NCBI GenBank assembly: GCA_963663405.2
Contig: CAXXSM010000092.1
Span: forward strand, 1-64,000
Direction of reading: 5' to 3'
Origin: a bacterium
Lineage (GTDB): Bacteria > Hinthialibacterota > Hinthialibacteria > Hinthialibacterales > Hinthialibacteraceae
DNA length: 64,000 bases
Within the stretch, counting starts at the first letter, position 1. The number at the start of each line of letters is the position of its first letter. The notes under the pieces are model-generated. The model was not told where the DNA came from and did not search any database. It worked only from the letters and a program-made list of their open reading frames with translations. Shown here piece after piece: positions 20,736 through 32,500 of this stretch. The position numbers were made by a program, and so were the translations under genes.

Positions 20736-23700
20736 ATGAACAATTCCATCCAACACACCACTCCAACGAGCAAAAACAAAAATAATCTCTGCCAGATTGA
20801 AGCGAATCTAACAGTGTTGTTCCTTGGACTTGTATCAATATTGACACTGTTTTTTTTCGCGGCGCAAAGTCTCCACGCGCAGGAGCCCGGCTCGATTGAA
20901 CCGGATATATACGACCTTTATTATAATGACGATTCCGAAGATACAATCAACGAGATCTCACATGGCGTAATACAAGTACATAATTTCCACGTTGTCTCCG
21001 ATCAAGATTGGATAAAAGTCACCACTTTCAATTCGGGTATGGAACATTCTATTGATGTCAATGAAGTAGGAGAAAAATGCGATCCGGTGATTTACATTTA
21101 TGAAAATGGATTGGACTCCGCCCCAACGGCGCGTGATTTAGGCAGTGAGGGAGAATCGGAGCATATCAATTTTACTCCTTCCACAGCTGGTATCTATTGG
21201 ATTCGAATCGCAAATGCAGCGCCCGATTTTACAGGCGCCACTCTCGAACAGGTATCCTATGAAGTTACCATCCTATACCCATTCGCATCCGCGTCGCCAA
21301 AAATAGTATTAGATCAACCGCCCCGAATCGATGACTCTCAAGCGCTTAATCCAGACGGTCAAGTCAATCCAGGAGAAACGGTTTTTCTCTATATCACATT
21401 ACGGAATGAAGGTGGGGCGGCTGGATTCGATGTGGATGGAAAGTTGTATTCCCTCTCGGAAGGCGCGCAGGTCGATTCCGATCGAAGCAAACAATTGTAT
21501 GGCGACATCGCGATGGGGGATACGGAGGAAAACACGGCGGGCTATCAAATCACGATCCCTGATACAGCGCAGCCAGGGGAAACGCTGGCTTTTCTCCTTC
21601 GCAGCACCTGGTTGAAGGCGAGTGTGGAGGGAATACGCGGTATCGATGCGATCTTAATTGAGATCCCTATTGTGGAAGCGTCAGGAATGGAACCTACTCC
21701 AACACCAATCATCGAGGCGCCAACCGATCTCGCGTTCGCCGGTCATCAAATCACGAATGATATCTTCCCTGGAATTCCACGATCGGGCGATGGTGTCATT
21801 CAACCCGGCGAGACAGTTTCGATCAAAATCAAACTGACGAATCGATCTACATTACCGGTCGAAAGCGTTCAAGCCGCGCTGCAATCAGACAGCGGCGATA
21901 TCCAAATCTCCAGCAATCCGCTTCGATGGGACCGGATCAACGCCGGAGAGACGGCGGAATCGGACAATCACATCGATGCGGTGATTCTGCTCTCCGCAAC
22001 TCCACTCAGCGCGATCCCCGTAACCGTCTGGATCACCGGCCCGGAGAATTTCTCACTGGAAAGCGAATTTGAGCTCTGGATTCTTCCCTCTGTGAATCTC
22101 GGACCGGAAAGTGGAAATGGAATCCAGCCCACTGGACTCGCGTTCGTTCCAGATAACAGCAGCCTTTTTGTGACCAATCTGGTGAGTGATTCCATTTCCG
22201 TCACTGCCCGAAAAACCGTAGCCAGTATACCGACAGCGCCCGGCCCTGGCCCCATCGTCTATGATTCAGAAACAAATCTCTTGTACGTTGGTCATCATAA
22301 CGCGCCCATCTTAACGATCATCGATCCGCTTCAATATACCGTGATTCAAGAAATACAGTTTGAGGGAGTGGAAAGCGTGGACGATCTCGCGTTGGCTAGT
22401 GAGTACGGCTTGCTCTTTGCCGCTCATGAAGACATCGATCAAATCTCCCAGATCAATCTGCGTAATCCATCTCAGCAAACACGGCTTACAGGTTTTTCTT
22501 CAGTCGCGTCAATCGCATATCTGCGTTCATTATCCTCTTTAGTCGTTCTCGATCCGAACGCCGCTCAACTAACACTCATTCAACTACCAACCTATCAGCG
22601 GCAAATCGCGCCTGTTCAAGGACAAATCCACGGCAATACATTCGAGGTTGACAATGCGAACGGCGTTCTCTATTTCGGTGGCTCTCTAAACGGTCAAGAG
22701 GGAATCCACCGCTTTTCCATCGTAGATGGTTCCACGAATTTCTTCATCCTTGGCCGGAGAGTGCGGGGATTGACATTGGACTCTCTTACCAACCGGCTCT
22801 ACGTCAGTGTTGTTGAATCAACGGGAGATGAACCCAACCTGGCGATGCTGGACGCGCAAACCGGCGCGATCCTCCAAGGCGCCCAATCCCGGCGGCGCTT
22901 CTCGACACTCCTCGCGGCGCGTCAGGGGGATACTGCGATTCTATTTGCGGCCGATCCGACCGAACACCGGCTTGTAACATTTTCTCTCGACTCGATTGAA
23001 CAGGTTCAAAACACGATCACCCTCGGAAACACCCCCAGCGGCGCGGCGGCCGATCCCGCGCAGGGCCGAGTTTATGTCACCAATAGTGAAACATCCTTGC
23101 TTTCGGCGGTCGATTCCACCTCCATGCGCCTGCTGGAATCACTTTCCGTAGGTTCCCGTCCGAACGATGTTGTTTTCGATCCATCACGAAACCGGGCGTA
23201 TGTCATGTTACAGGGAGAAAGCGCCGTACTCGAAATTGCAACAGGCGGCGCGCTGCGATCGGTGCGGCGATATGCAGTTGGAGTTGATCCCATCCAATTA
23301 GGTATAGACACACAGAGAAACCGCATCGCGGTTCCATGCTATTTAGGCAATCAAGTCTTTCTGATTGATCCGGAAGCGAACACGGTTCAGGAATTGGATT
23401 ACATCAACGGGCCGATCGGTGTCGTGATAGACGAAGCGCAGGGAAGGTTCTACATCATTGCGCAAGGTTCAATGGATATCGATATTCCTTCTGAACTCAT
23501 CGCGTTCGATACGGAAACAGGCCGGATTCTGAACCGGACGGAATGGGATTCCATAAATTCGCCCGCCGCGATCTCGTTCGATCCGCAAACTCAACGAATT
23601 CTCGTCAGCATTCAAAACGCGCGTGAAGTCTGGACGTTTGACACAGAATTGAATCGAATGGAAGAACAGACAATTTCAATCGGCGATCTCATCGGAACGC

Positions 23701-26012
23701 TTGCGGTGGATTCCACTCTCCGCCGTCTCTATGTTTCCACACCGAACGCCGGGCAACTGCGCGTCTACAATCTCGACACATTTGAATTCATCCGGACGAT
23801 AGACGCGGGCCGGGGACCATCCGGCATTGCGGTGGAGGAAAAAACCGGACGCGTTTATACAGCCGCCAGAATCGGCGGCGTTCTTTCTATGTATGAAGAT
23901 CCAAACGCATCGGTGGAACCGCTCCCCGCGCCGGAAGCATTAACCGCGAACGCGGCGGATTCCGAAATACAATTGAACTGGCAAGGTGTGAATGGATCAG
24001 AGGGATACATTGTGGAACGCGCCCGGTCGAACCTGAGCCGATTTGTTCCCATCACCTCCCGTCCTCTCACCAGAGACCGGATGGGGTATACCGACACGGA
24101 TGTCATTAATGGCTTGTCGTACCAGTATCAAGTGCGGGCTGTGGACAGCAACCTGCGCCCCGGCGCCCCCGCCGTCTCCGATTTTGTCTCTCCTCAATCA
24201 GGCGCTGAACCAGAATTGATCATCACTCCCCTGATCGATCATATTCGGCTTGTTCCCGGAGAGAGCGGCCACTTCACCATCTCTCTGCACCCACAAGCGG
24301 GATTTGATCAGCCAATCACGTATACAATAACAGGAGATGATCAGCCGCGCATTGAATCAGTAGACATTCAACCCGGCGCGCCGACAATCTCACGGTTGGC
24401 TTCGAATCGTGATACGCCGGTTCTTCTTCGCGTACAGGTGTTCACCACCGGCGCCCCAACGCTTTTTGAGAGGATTCCACTGCAATTATCGGTGACGGCA
24501 GGTTCGAAAACACACATAGTTCCCCTCACCGTGGAGATCGTGCCCATTCGGGAAGACAATACTGGACAGGAGGATTCACGGGAGAGTCAGTTGCGTAAAT
24601 TATCGACCCGAACAATCCCAATATCCTTGACATTGGACCAAACCATAAAGACAAGCGCTGGCGCGTCCATTCGCCTGAGTGGAGAGATTGCGGTTCCTAA
24701 TACACAATCCGCCATCGATCTGACTGTCAAAAAACCAAATGGAGAAACAACGGCGTTTCCCGGCGTACTAGTGGAAAACAGCGTCTTCTCCCTAACCATC
24801 CCCATCGCCAGTCAAGAAGAAGCCGGTACTTGGGAAATCGAAGCCGCCTTCAGTGGAAATGATACCGCTTTCTCCGGCCAAAGCGCTCGTTTCCTCCTCC
24901 CAGTGGAATGGGAAAACGGCGATCAATCCGCTTCTACGAGCACAGCCTCAGTCCAGCCCATGACTTCGAATTTTGGAACGGGAGCGTTTCTCGCGGCGGT
25001 GGGCCCAACCTCGAATTTTCGCAGTCAATCGTTTTCGCAGACGGTCCTGAATCGCGCTCAATCCATTATGAAAACAAGGCGGTATTCCGAAAACAATATC
25101 AAATTGATGAGCGCGGCGGGTGAAGCCGCTAGCCTGGAGAATCTCACCAGCGCCAATCTACAAAAACTCCTCGAAGAAACCGCGCCGTTGGACACACTGG
25201 TTCTTCATTTCATCGCCGATGTGAATAACGCGGGTCAGTTGATCTTGAATGAGACGGAGACACTAGCGCCCAGTGATTTCGATAACGCCATAACAGCAGT
25301 TCGTGGAATCAATCCAACGATCCTGATTGTGGATGGATACCGGGCGAACGCCTTCGTGGAAAAACTCGGTCTCACAGGACGAACGCTTATCGCCTCAACA
25401 GGATCCGGCGAGATGAACGCCGCGCTCTTCGGTGAGTTTGCAGATGGAACCCCGCTGAGTTTCTCCAATTTCTTTCTTGACGCCATCAATTTAGGCAACA
25501 GTGTGGAAGAGAGTTTCGCGATCGCGTCAGACCAAATCATCGCGTTGCAAGGCCCCTTTGTCGTCCAGATTCCCCGTCTTCACGTTGGAGACGAAGCCTT
25601 GGCCCAATGGCCGGTTGGAGTGGCGGAAGACGCGCCGCTGGCGCCAATGATGGACCGGATTCCGCCCGTCATTGTTGATCTCAATCCAACCCAAATTCTC
25701 GAATCCGATCAAGACGAATTGCGTCTCGAAGTGGAAGTGTCAGACAACCGCGCCGTTCAATCAGTCAGTGTCATTCTAGGAGAGACAGGCGGAGAGAATG
25801 AAAAAACGATTCAATTGACACCCGGAAATAAGACAGGGCTCTTCACCGGCGTCATTACCTTCTCCGATCTCCCCCCTCTGCAATTAGACCAGGAAAGCAT
25901 TCCTGTTGCGGTCATCGCCATCGACACAAGTGGAAATCTCTCTGAACCCGTGCTGACATCAATCCTGGCAGGCGCCAATCTAACCTGGGTGGATACATGG
26001 CAAGAAATGTAG
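20736..26012 (+). CDS. Large secreted protein: PPC-like, 2 Ig-like, YVTN/YncE propellers, FN3, degenerate C13-like domain
   Basis: Hydrophobic signal ending AQSLHA; VGSRPNDVVFD and RVYVTN repeats; FN3 IQLNW..YQYQVRAVD; C-terminus WVDTWQEM. Confidence 0.8.
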   Translation: MNNSIQHTTPTSKNKNNLCQIEANLTVLFLGLVSILTLFFFAAQSLHAQEPGSIEPDIYDLYYNDDSEDTINEISHGVIQVHNFHVVSDQDWIKVTTFNSGMEHSIDVNEVGEKCDPVIYIYENGLDSAPTARDLGSEGESEHINFTPSTAGIYWIRIANAAPDFTGATLEQVSYEVTILYPFASASPKIVLDQPPRIDDSQALNPDGQVNPGETVFLYITLRNEGGAAGFDVDGKLYSLSEGAQVDSDRSKQLYGDIAMGDTEENTAGYQITIPDTAQPGETLAFLLRSTWLKASVEGIRGIDAILIEIPIVEASGMEPTPTPIIEAPTDLAFAGHQITNDIFPGIPRSGDGVIQPGETVSIKIKLTNRSTLPVESVQAALQSDSGDIQISSNPLRWDRINAGETAESDNHIDAVILLSATPLSAIPVTVWITGPENFSLESEFELWILPSVNLGPESGNGIQPTGLAFVPDNSSLFVTNLVSDSISVTARKTVASIPTAPGPGPIVYDSETNLLYVGHHNAPILTIIDPLQYTVIQEIQFEGVESVDDLALASEYGLLFAAHEDIDQISQINLRNPSQQTRLTGFSSVASIAYLRSLSSLVVLDPNAAQLTLIQLPTYQRQIAPVQGQIHGNTFEVDNANGVLYFGGSLNGQEGIHRFSIVDGSTNFFILGRRVRGLTLDSLTNRLYVSVVESTGDEPNLAMLDAQTGAILQGAQSRRRFSTLLAARQGDTAILFAADPTEHRLVTFSLDSIEQVQNTITLGNTPSGAAADPAQGRVYVTNSETSLLSAVDSTSMRLLESLSVGSRPNDVVFDPSRNRAYVMLQGESAVLEIATGGALRSVRRYAVGVDPIQLGIDTQRNRIAVPCYLGNQVFLIDPEANTVQELDYINGPIGVVIDEAQGRFYIIAQGSMDIDIPSELIAFDTETGRILNRTEWDSINSPAAISFDPQTQRILVSIQNAREVWTFDTELNRMEEQTISIGDLIGTLAVDSTLRRLYVSTPNAGQLRVYNLDTFEFIRTIDAGRGPSGIAVEEKTGRVYTAARIGGVLSMYEDPNASVEPLPAPEALTANAADSEIQLNWQGVNGSEGYIVERARSNLSRFVPITSRPLTRDRMGYTDTDVINGLSYQYQVRAVDSNLRPGAPAVSDFVSPQSGAEPELIITPLIDHIRLVPGESGHFTISLHPQAGFDQPITYTITGDDQPRIESVDIQPGAPTISRLASNRDTPVLLRVQVFTTGAPTLFERIPLQLSVTAGSKTHIVPLTVEIVPIREDNTGQEDSRESQLRKLSTRTIPISLTLDQTIKTSAGASIRLSGEIAVPNTQSAIDLTVKKPNGETTAFPGVLVENSVFSLTIPIASQEEAGTWEIEAAFSGNDTAFSGQSARFLLPVEWENGDQSASTSTASVQPMTSNFGTGAFLAAVGPTSNFRSQSFSQTVLNRAQSIMKTRRYSENNIKLMSAAGEAASLENLTSANLQKLLEETAPLDTLVLHFIADVNNAGQLILNETETLAPSDFDNAITAVRGINPTILIVDGYRANAFVEKLGLTGRTLIASTGSGEMNAALFGEFADGTPLSFSNFFLDAINLGNSVEESFAIASDQIIALQGPFVVQIPRLHVGDEALAQWPVGVAEDAPLAPMMDRIPPVIVDLNPTQILESDQDELRLEVEVSDNRAVQSVSVILGETGGENEKTIQLTPGNKTGLFTGVITFSDLPPLQLDQESIPVAVIAIDTSGNLSEPVLTSILAGANLTWVDTWQEM

Positions 26013-26515
26013 AACTAACCAGATAAAACAGTGCATCTATCGGTCTTTTATAATAAAAAAACGTATTTCTACTTAATTTAATTACACAAAATCCTTTTAA
26101 TTCGTTATTTTTATTATCCAAATTTATTTAATTAAATCGATTTTATATGTAAATAAATAATACCTTACTTGATTCTATATACTCTACTCCCCAATTAAAA
26201 TAAATCGACTTAACTTATTTATTAATAAATACTTAGTTCGACGTAAATGGATACGCGCCTATTTGCACATATGTCCAAATACAAAATATCATTACACCTT
26301 AAAAGGAACGATTTGTTCTATTTCATTCAATCATAAGGGGTTACATTGTAATATTCCATTTAATAGAAGCGAATAAAAAAATAATGACAGAATAAAAAAA
26401 ACGGCTATCTTTGTTTCCAGGAATGTGTTATTTTGAAATAACTAAATGTTATCTCATTTGCTTTTTCTAATCCGAAAACACAATTTTTTATTACTTCAAC
26501 GCTACTAAAGGAGCC

Positions 26516-29500
26516 ATGAAAATGACTAAACCGAGTGTTCGAACTTCGTCTGGAAAGATTCTTGCGATCGCATCAATTAGTTTTCTCTTCTGTCTTTCCA
26601 TCTGTTTGACCATGGCGGGAATGAGTTGGGCGGCGCTGACCGATGAAACCAATTCCCTTAACGCCGATCAAATAGAGACGAACGCGCTTCTAATCAAACC
26701 GACTCCCACAAAACCGATTTTTTATCTGCGGCCAACATCGACACCGTGGGTAATTCAAAGACCGTCCTCGACACCGACGCCAACGCCAACGGAGACACCG
26801 AGTGAGAGAGAATATCTAGGTGAATGTTACGTCTATTTCAGCGTTGAAGAACCTAATTCTCTATCCGCCGGTACGCATGGGGACATCCTCATGCAAGTGC
26901 CAGGAGGATCGCCACAGCTGCTGCCGGGTGGTTCAAATGCGGAATTGATGAGCGCGTTTTGGGATCTCGACGAGATGAAAGAATTTCCAAACGTGGGCCT
27001 CGATGGATTTGATATTCTCGCCTTCGATAAACGGTTCATCGAGATGAATATCATCCCGCAATTTCCTAAAATTTTCCCCCAGCACAAAATTGTTTTCACC
27101 GTCGAAGATCGATTTAAAGTGTATAATCCCAAACATCCATTGGCGGGACAGATTTTGACGGGTGGCGAATTACTGCTGACGAACGGTGGAGTGATTATGA
27201 ACCAAGTTCTCATTGCGCCGCTTCGGTTGATCAATGAGAACAAGGAAGCCGTTCAATTTCTGGGAATCGACGCCGTAGAAGTCCAGGGCTTCAACAAACT
27301 GTTCGACGCGCTCGAAGGTAAAGTCATTGAAGATATCGAGCAACTCTACGCCCTCGTGGAAGAAAACATGTTCGATGTTTCGATCATATTCTCCTTTGAG
27401 GAGATCAATGAAGAATACATCGCCGGTTCGGGCAGCCTTCTTCCAACAGACACACTGGTCAGCGCGGACGATCTAATCGAATTGAGAATCACACCCAACG
27501 GTCCATACGCCCGTGTGTTCCGGTCAGGCGCGGACCGTGTCCCTTCGACCGCAACCAGTATATTGGAAGGATTTTTCTCACGAGTCAAATTGCCTGAAAA
27601 TAAAGGATTGGACGCCGTCAGCGTCTGCTATCCCGAAGAAAAATCATTGCCTGAAGATATCGATATCTTCTTTTCCACCGAGTTAGACAATGAAGCGGAC
27701 GCCAATGCTTTCACACATGGTGATCTGCTGCTTCACAACATCGCCGCCCATACCAACCGCGTTGTTCTTCCTTATTACGAATTAACCAACACTCGTTCCC
27801 AAATGGGCCTTGATGGACTCGATCTCTTCCCTGAACGGATCCGGCAACCGGTTGCGCCTACAGATACTCCAGAAATCAAACCCACGGAAGTTCCCCCCAC
27901 ACCCACGGTCTACATTCGCCCGGACCTAGGATGGGTACCTTTCGTGGACGGCGCCAAAGAAGGCGAGATTCCGCTCTCCATCATGAAAGAAGAGACCACG
28001 ATGGGAACGCTGGTTAACTTCAACATCTACGGCATGTACGCGCATGAAGTGGAGATGGAAGGTGTGATGTTTCATCGCCTGCGAATTCCTGGCCATGAAA
28101 ATAGTAACGATATCGGCGATCCCGAACTGCCCATACTCGGTCAGGTCATTGAGATTCCATACGGCGTGGATGTTTCGGTAGAAATCTATAAAAAAGAAGG
28201 AAAAATTCTGCCGAACTACAACGTCATTCCCGCGCAAAAACCGGATCTCGAACAAGACAATAAAGATGATGATGAAAACAAAATTGAAGAACGCGTCTTC
28301 ACGATCAATGAAAAAATCTATTCGACGCCGAGATTCTATCCCGGTAATTTGGCGGAAGCGGAAAATGACGACGCTGTGATTCTCCGTGGCCACCGGCTGC
28401 TTTTCCTAAAAGTCAATCCACTCCAATACAATCCGGTAACTAAAGAACTGCAAGTATTCTCTCAAATCGAAACACGAATCGTTTTCAACCGTCCCGGCCA
28501 AGTCAAACGAATCGATTCGCGCATCGAATCCCCCGCGTATGAAAACATCCTCCGCGCGTCGGTTCTCAATTACAAAGACTTGTCTCGCTTCCCCATTATT
28601 GGGGCTTCTCTTGCGGATCTGCTGGAGGAAATGCGGAGTGGGTGCGATTATCTAATTCTCACCCACGGCGACTTCTACGATCCTAAAGATCCAAACACGC
28701 CTCTTGCCAAACTCAAGGAATGGAAACAGCAAAAGGGCCTCATCACGAAGATTCAGAATGTGGCCAACATCGCCGGAAGTGGAACCGCGGCGGATATCCA
28801 GGCCTATCTGCAAAACGCATATGATAATTGGACGATCGCTCCGACCTACGTCTTGTTAGTCGGCGACTGCAATTTCATTCCCCCCTGCTATGGTACCGCG
28901 CACGGATCCCACAATAATACGCCGGTCGGAACGGATCTCTATTACGGCACTGTAGACGGGTCCGATCCCTTCCCCGACATGATGGTTGGCCGGATGTCTG
29001 TGGACACAATCGAACAATGTGAAACCATCGTTGATAAGATCCTGAATTATGAAAAGGAACCACCGGGGAACGCGGATTACTACACGGACACTTCCCTGGT
29101 TCGTCTATTCGAAGATGACGATCCCTCGAATGGCCGGGAAGACAGTTCATGGATCTTAATCGAACTGGCCGAAGAAATGCGTGATTTCCTGCTCGCAAAT
29201 GGATACAACGCGGAGCGGATTTACAATCGAAGCGGCGCTTACGTAGATGGACCGCTCTGGTATGAAAATGGATCAGACTTACCTGATTATCTCACAATAG
29301 CGGGCAATCCACCCGCCGTCCCCGGCTTCCCCTGGAATGGCGGCACGGGTGATATTACCGACGCCATTAACAATGGTAACTTCCTCGTTACCTATCGTGG
29401 ACATGGTGGACGCCACGGATGGGGACGGCCCCGGTTTCCACACGTGGGATTTCGGCTCACTCGCCAATGGAAGACTGACACCAGTGATCTTCGGACTGAC

Positions 29501-32500
29501 TTGCCAGACCGGTTGGTTTGATAACGAAACCGACGATCCAGGTCTTGGCACTAACGATGACTGCTTTGCTGAAGAGATTCTACGACTGAATGGCGGGGGT
29601 GCCGTGGCGATCATCGCTTCCGCCCGCAACAGCTGGGGACGCACAAACAACAGCGCGACGAAAGGTTTGTGCGACGCGCTCTGGCCGACGTTTGATCCCG
29701 CCATCGCCTCCGGGCCGCTCTACAAGATGGGGCAGATCAATACCTATACCAAAGTCTACATGGGACACTATCTCACCGCCGACACCGGACGGTTGATCAG
29801 TTTCGAAATGAACAACCTCTTTGGCGATCCCGACCTGCCTGTCTGGACAAGACAACCCGATCGCATGGCGGTCACGCATCCTATCGGCATCGGCTCCACA
29901 GGCTGGCAGAGTTTCATCGTGAAAGTCCTAGATCGATCAACCGGCCAAGGCCTGAACAACGCCACCGTTGTTTTAACCCGCGGCAATGCGATCCTCGCCC
30001 GCAATCAAACCAATCCCGGCGGTATCGCCCGGTTCGCCCTGGACGGTCCGGGAAGTGGTAACATCACGGTCACGGTCACCCTGCACAATTACGAACCGTA
30101 TCAAGGAATCATGGAAGCCGGATCAGGCGGCGCCATTCTAAACCGGCTCGATCCAAACAACGGCACTGAAGGATCAGCCGCCTACGTCGGTGGTGTGATG
30201 TTCGACGGCAACGAAAATGTGGATATTTATTTCGACGGAACGTTGGTCCGCACGGTCGCGGCGCAATCCGGCGCCTTCGGTCAATCGGGCATGGCCGATA
30301 TCTCGATCAACATTCCGTCTCCACATGACTTGGGCCCCGTGAACGTCGTCGCTCATGGACGGAATTCCAACCGGTACGCGGTTGATGTCTTCACGGTCCG
30401 CACTGAAAATCCAATCGATCTATATATCTATGATCAATGGGATGACACGACATGGCATCTCCATCCCGGTGACAATCCGACCTGGAACAATCCGGATATC
30501 ATACTCTACAACAGCAGCGGCGATCCGGTGGAATCGAACAACCTTGTCGCCGGACAGAATTATTTCATCCGGGCTACGATTCATAATGACACGAATTTCA
30601 TTGCGGAAAACGTGAAAGTCTCATTCAAATGGGCGAATTTCGGTGTCGGACAACCGGATCGTGTCTGGGAACCAATCGATACTGATTTTCTGGACGTGCC
30701 CGCTCACGATTCGGCTGAAGCCGAAGTCGAATGGGCGCCGCCAAGCACGGGTCATCTCTGTATCATGGCGGAAATTTATCACGTCGAAGACATTAACGAA
30801 GACAATAACTTTGGGCAGGAAAACTGCCATGTCGGTCCGACATCTTCTCCGGCGAAGATTCCGTTTACTGTTTGGAACTCAACGGACAAACCCGCTTCGC
30901 TCTACTTCGAACTGCGGCAGATCAACACGCAGGGCAAAGATTACGTCGAACGATTATGGGGAACATTCATCCAACAGCCCGACCCACAGATCCTCGAACC
31001 AGGAGAAGAACAGGAAATCGAAGTCACTATTGAACCCGATTACGCGGATGTGAAGCGAGGAGCGAAAGCGGAATTCGCCCTAACCGGTTTCATCAATGGA
31101 AAAGTCTGCGGCGGCGCGAATTTCATTATCTTTAAAGATTTCGTCGTCCCGACGGAAGTTCCCGAAATCACTCCCACAAAGACGCCGTATATTGAATTCC
31201 CGGAACGTACGATTCTGATTCCAACCATTACGATTCCTCACTTCGACAACTTAGTGGTCGCCGCTGGATTCGGTGGGCAATCAGCGATCAACATCCGGAA
31301 CTTCGATCCTGAATTCGGCTCTTCGACAAAGATTCTCACTTCGTTCCGGGGATTACCCGCCGCGTTTGCATCCCGCGTAGGCGGAGGTCAAAGACGCGCT
31401 ATGTATGTGTCGACGGGTGATTTGAACAACGATTGCTCGCCGGAAATCGTTTTATCGTACGGCCCGGTTGAAGGAGAAGCGGTTTATCCCAATCTCGTCA
31501 TCCCACGCAACGCCGTAACAAAGCTCGTACTAGGGAATTCGTTTGAGGCGTTCCCCTCCGGCACAGGATCACCGGTAAATTACAACGGTGGAGAAGTGCG
31601 AACCACTGTAGGTGACTTCATCGGCTCAGGCCGTAACCAAATCGCGGCGGCTCAGGGCCGGGGAGGGCATGGAATCATCCGCCTCTTCCAATACACGGGT
31701 GAACCCGCTCCGAATGGATATGAAATCGTCGGTCAATTCAACGGTTTGCCCAGCAATCTAATTATTCAAAATGTATCGCCCACATATAACATCGGACTTG
31801 TATTGGCGGCCGCCGATCTCGACAATGACGAAAAGGATGAGCTCATCGTCGCCCAATCTTTCGGCCCGAAATCACAGACAATCTTCCACGTTCTCGACAT
31901 CGCTCCCGATGGAACCGTCGAAGCGCGGCACGCCTACGCCGGATTTATTCCGAAATTCCGTGGCAATGGTGGGCTTGAGCTCGCAGTGGCGGACTTGAAT
32001 GGTGACGGTTGGAAAGAGATTATCGTCGCCAGCAAAGGCAATTCTCAAAACTACGGAGACGAACGCGATTCCGCGCCTCTCAATCTGATCGGCGTCATCG
32101 TCCCCATCGTCGAAGATGGAATGATTATAGGCTTCACCCGTCCTACTGGTGGTGTGCTTAATGTATTAACACCTGAAGTCAATCCCTCCGGCGCGCTGAG
32201 TATCGCCGCTGGTGAATTCGACGGAGATCCATCGAATGGGGATGAGATCATTGTCGGCACGGGAAGTCCATTGGAGGGTGACGGACTCATTCCACTCAAA
32301 CCTGCTCCCGAATCTCGATACCGATTTATTAAACTGCCTTTCGATGGATTAAAAATTGGCAAACTAACCAATTGGCTGGGAGGCCGCGATGGACTCACTC
32401 CATTCCTTGGAAATGAAAATCCCGACAGCGGCGCGATCTTCCTGGCGCCTTTGCTGAAACTCTGTCCACTAATCTTCCCCACCCCCGTCCCTAATGGCCG

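Noticed and set aside
26013-26515. Very AT-rich 500-bp gap as an origin or ncRNA
   Set aside because: No DnaA-box cluster, iterons or stable structure was seen; likely a promoter region.
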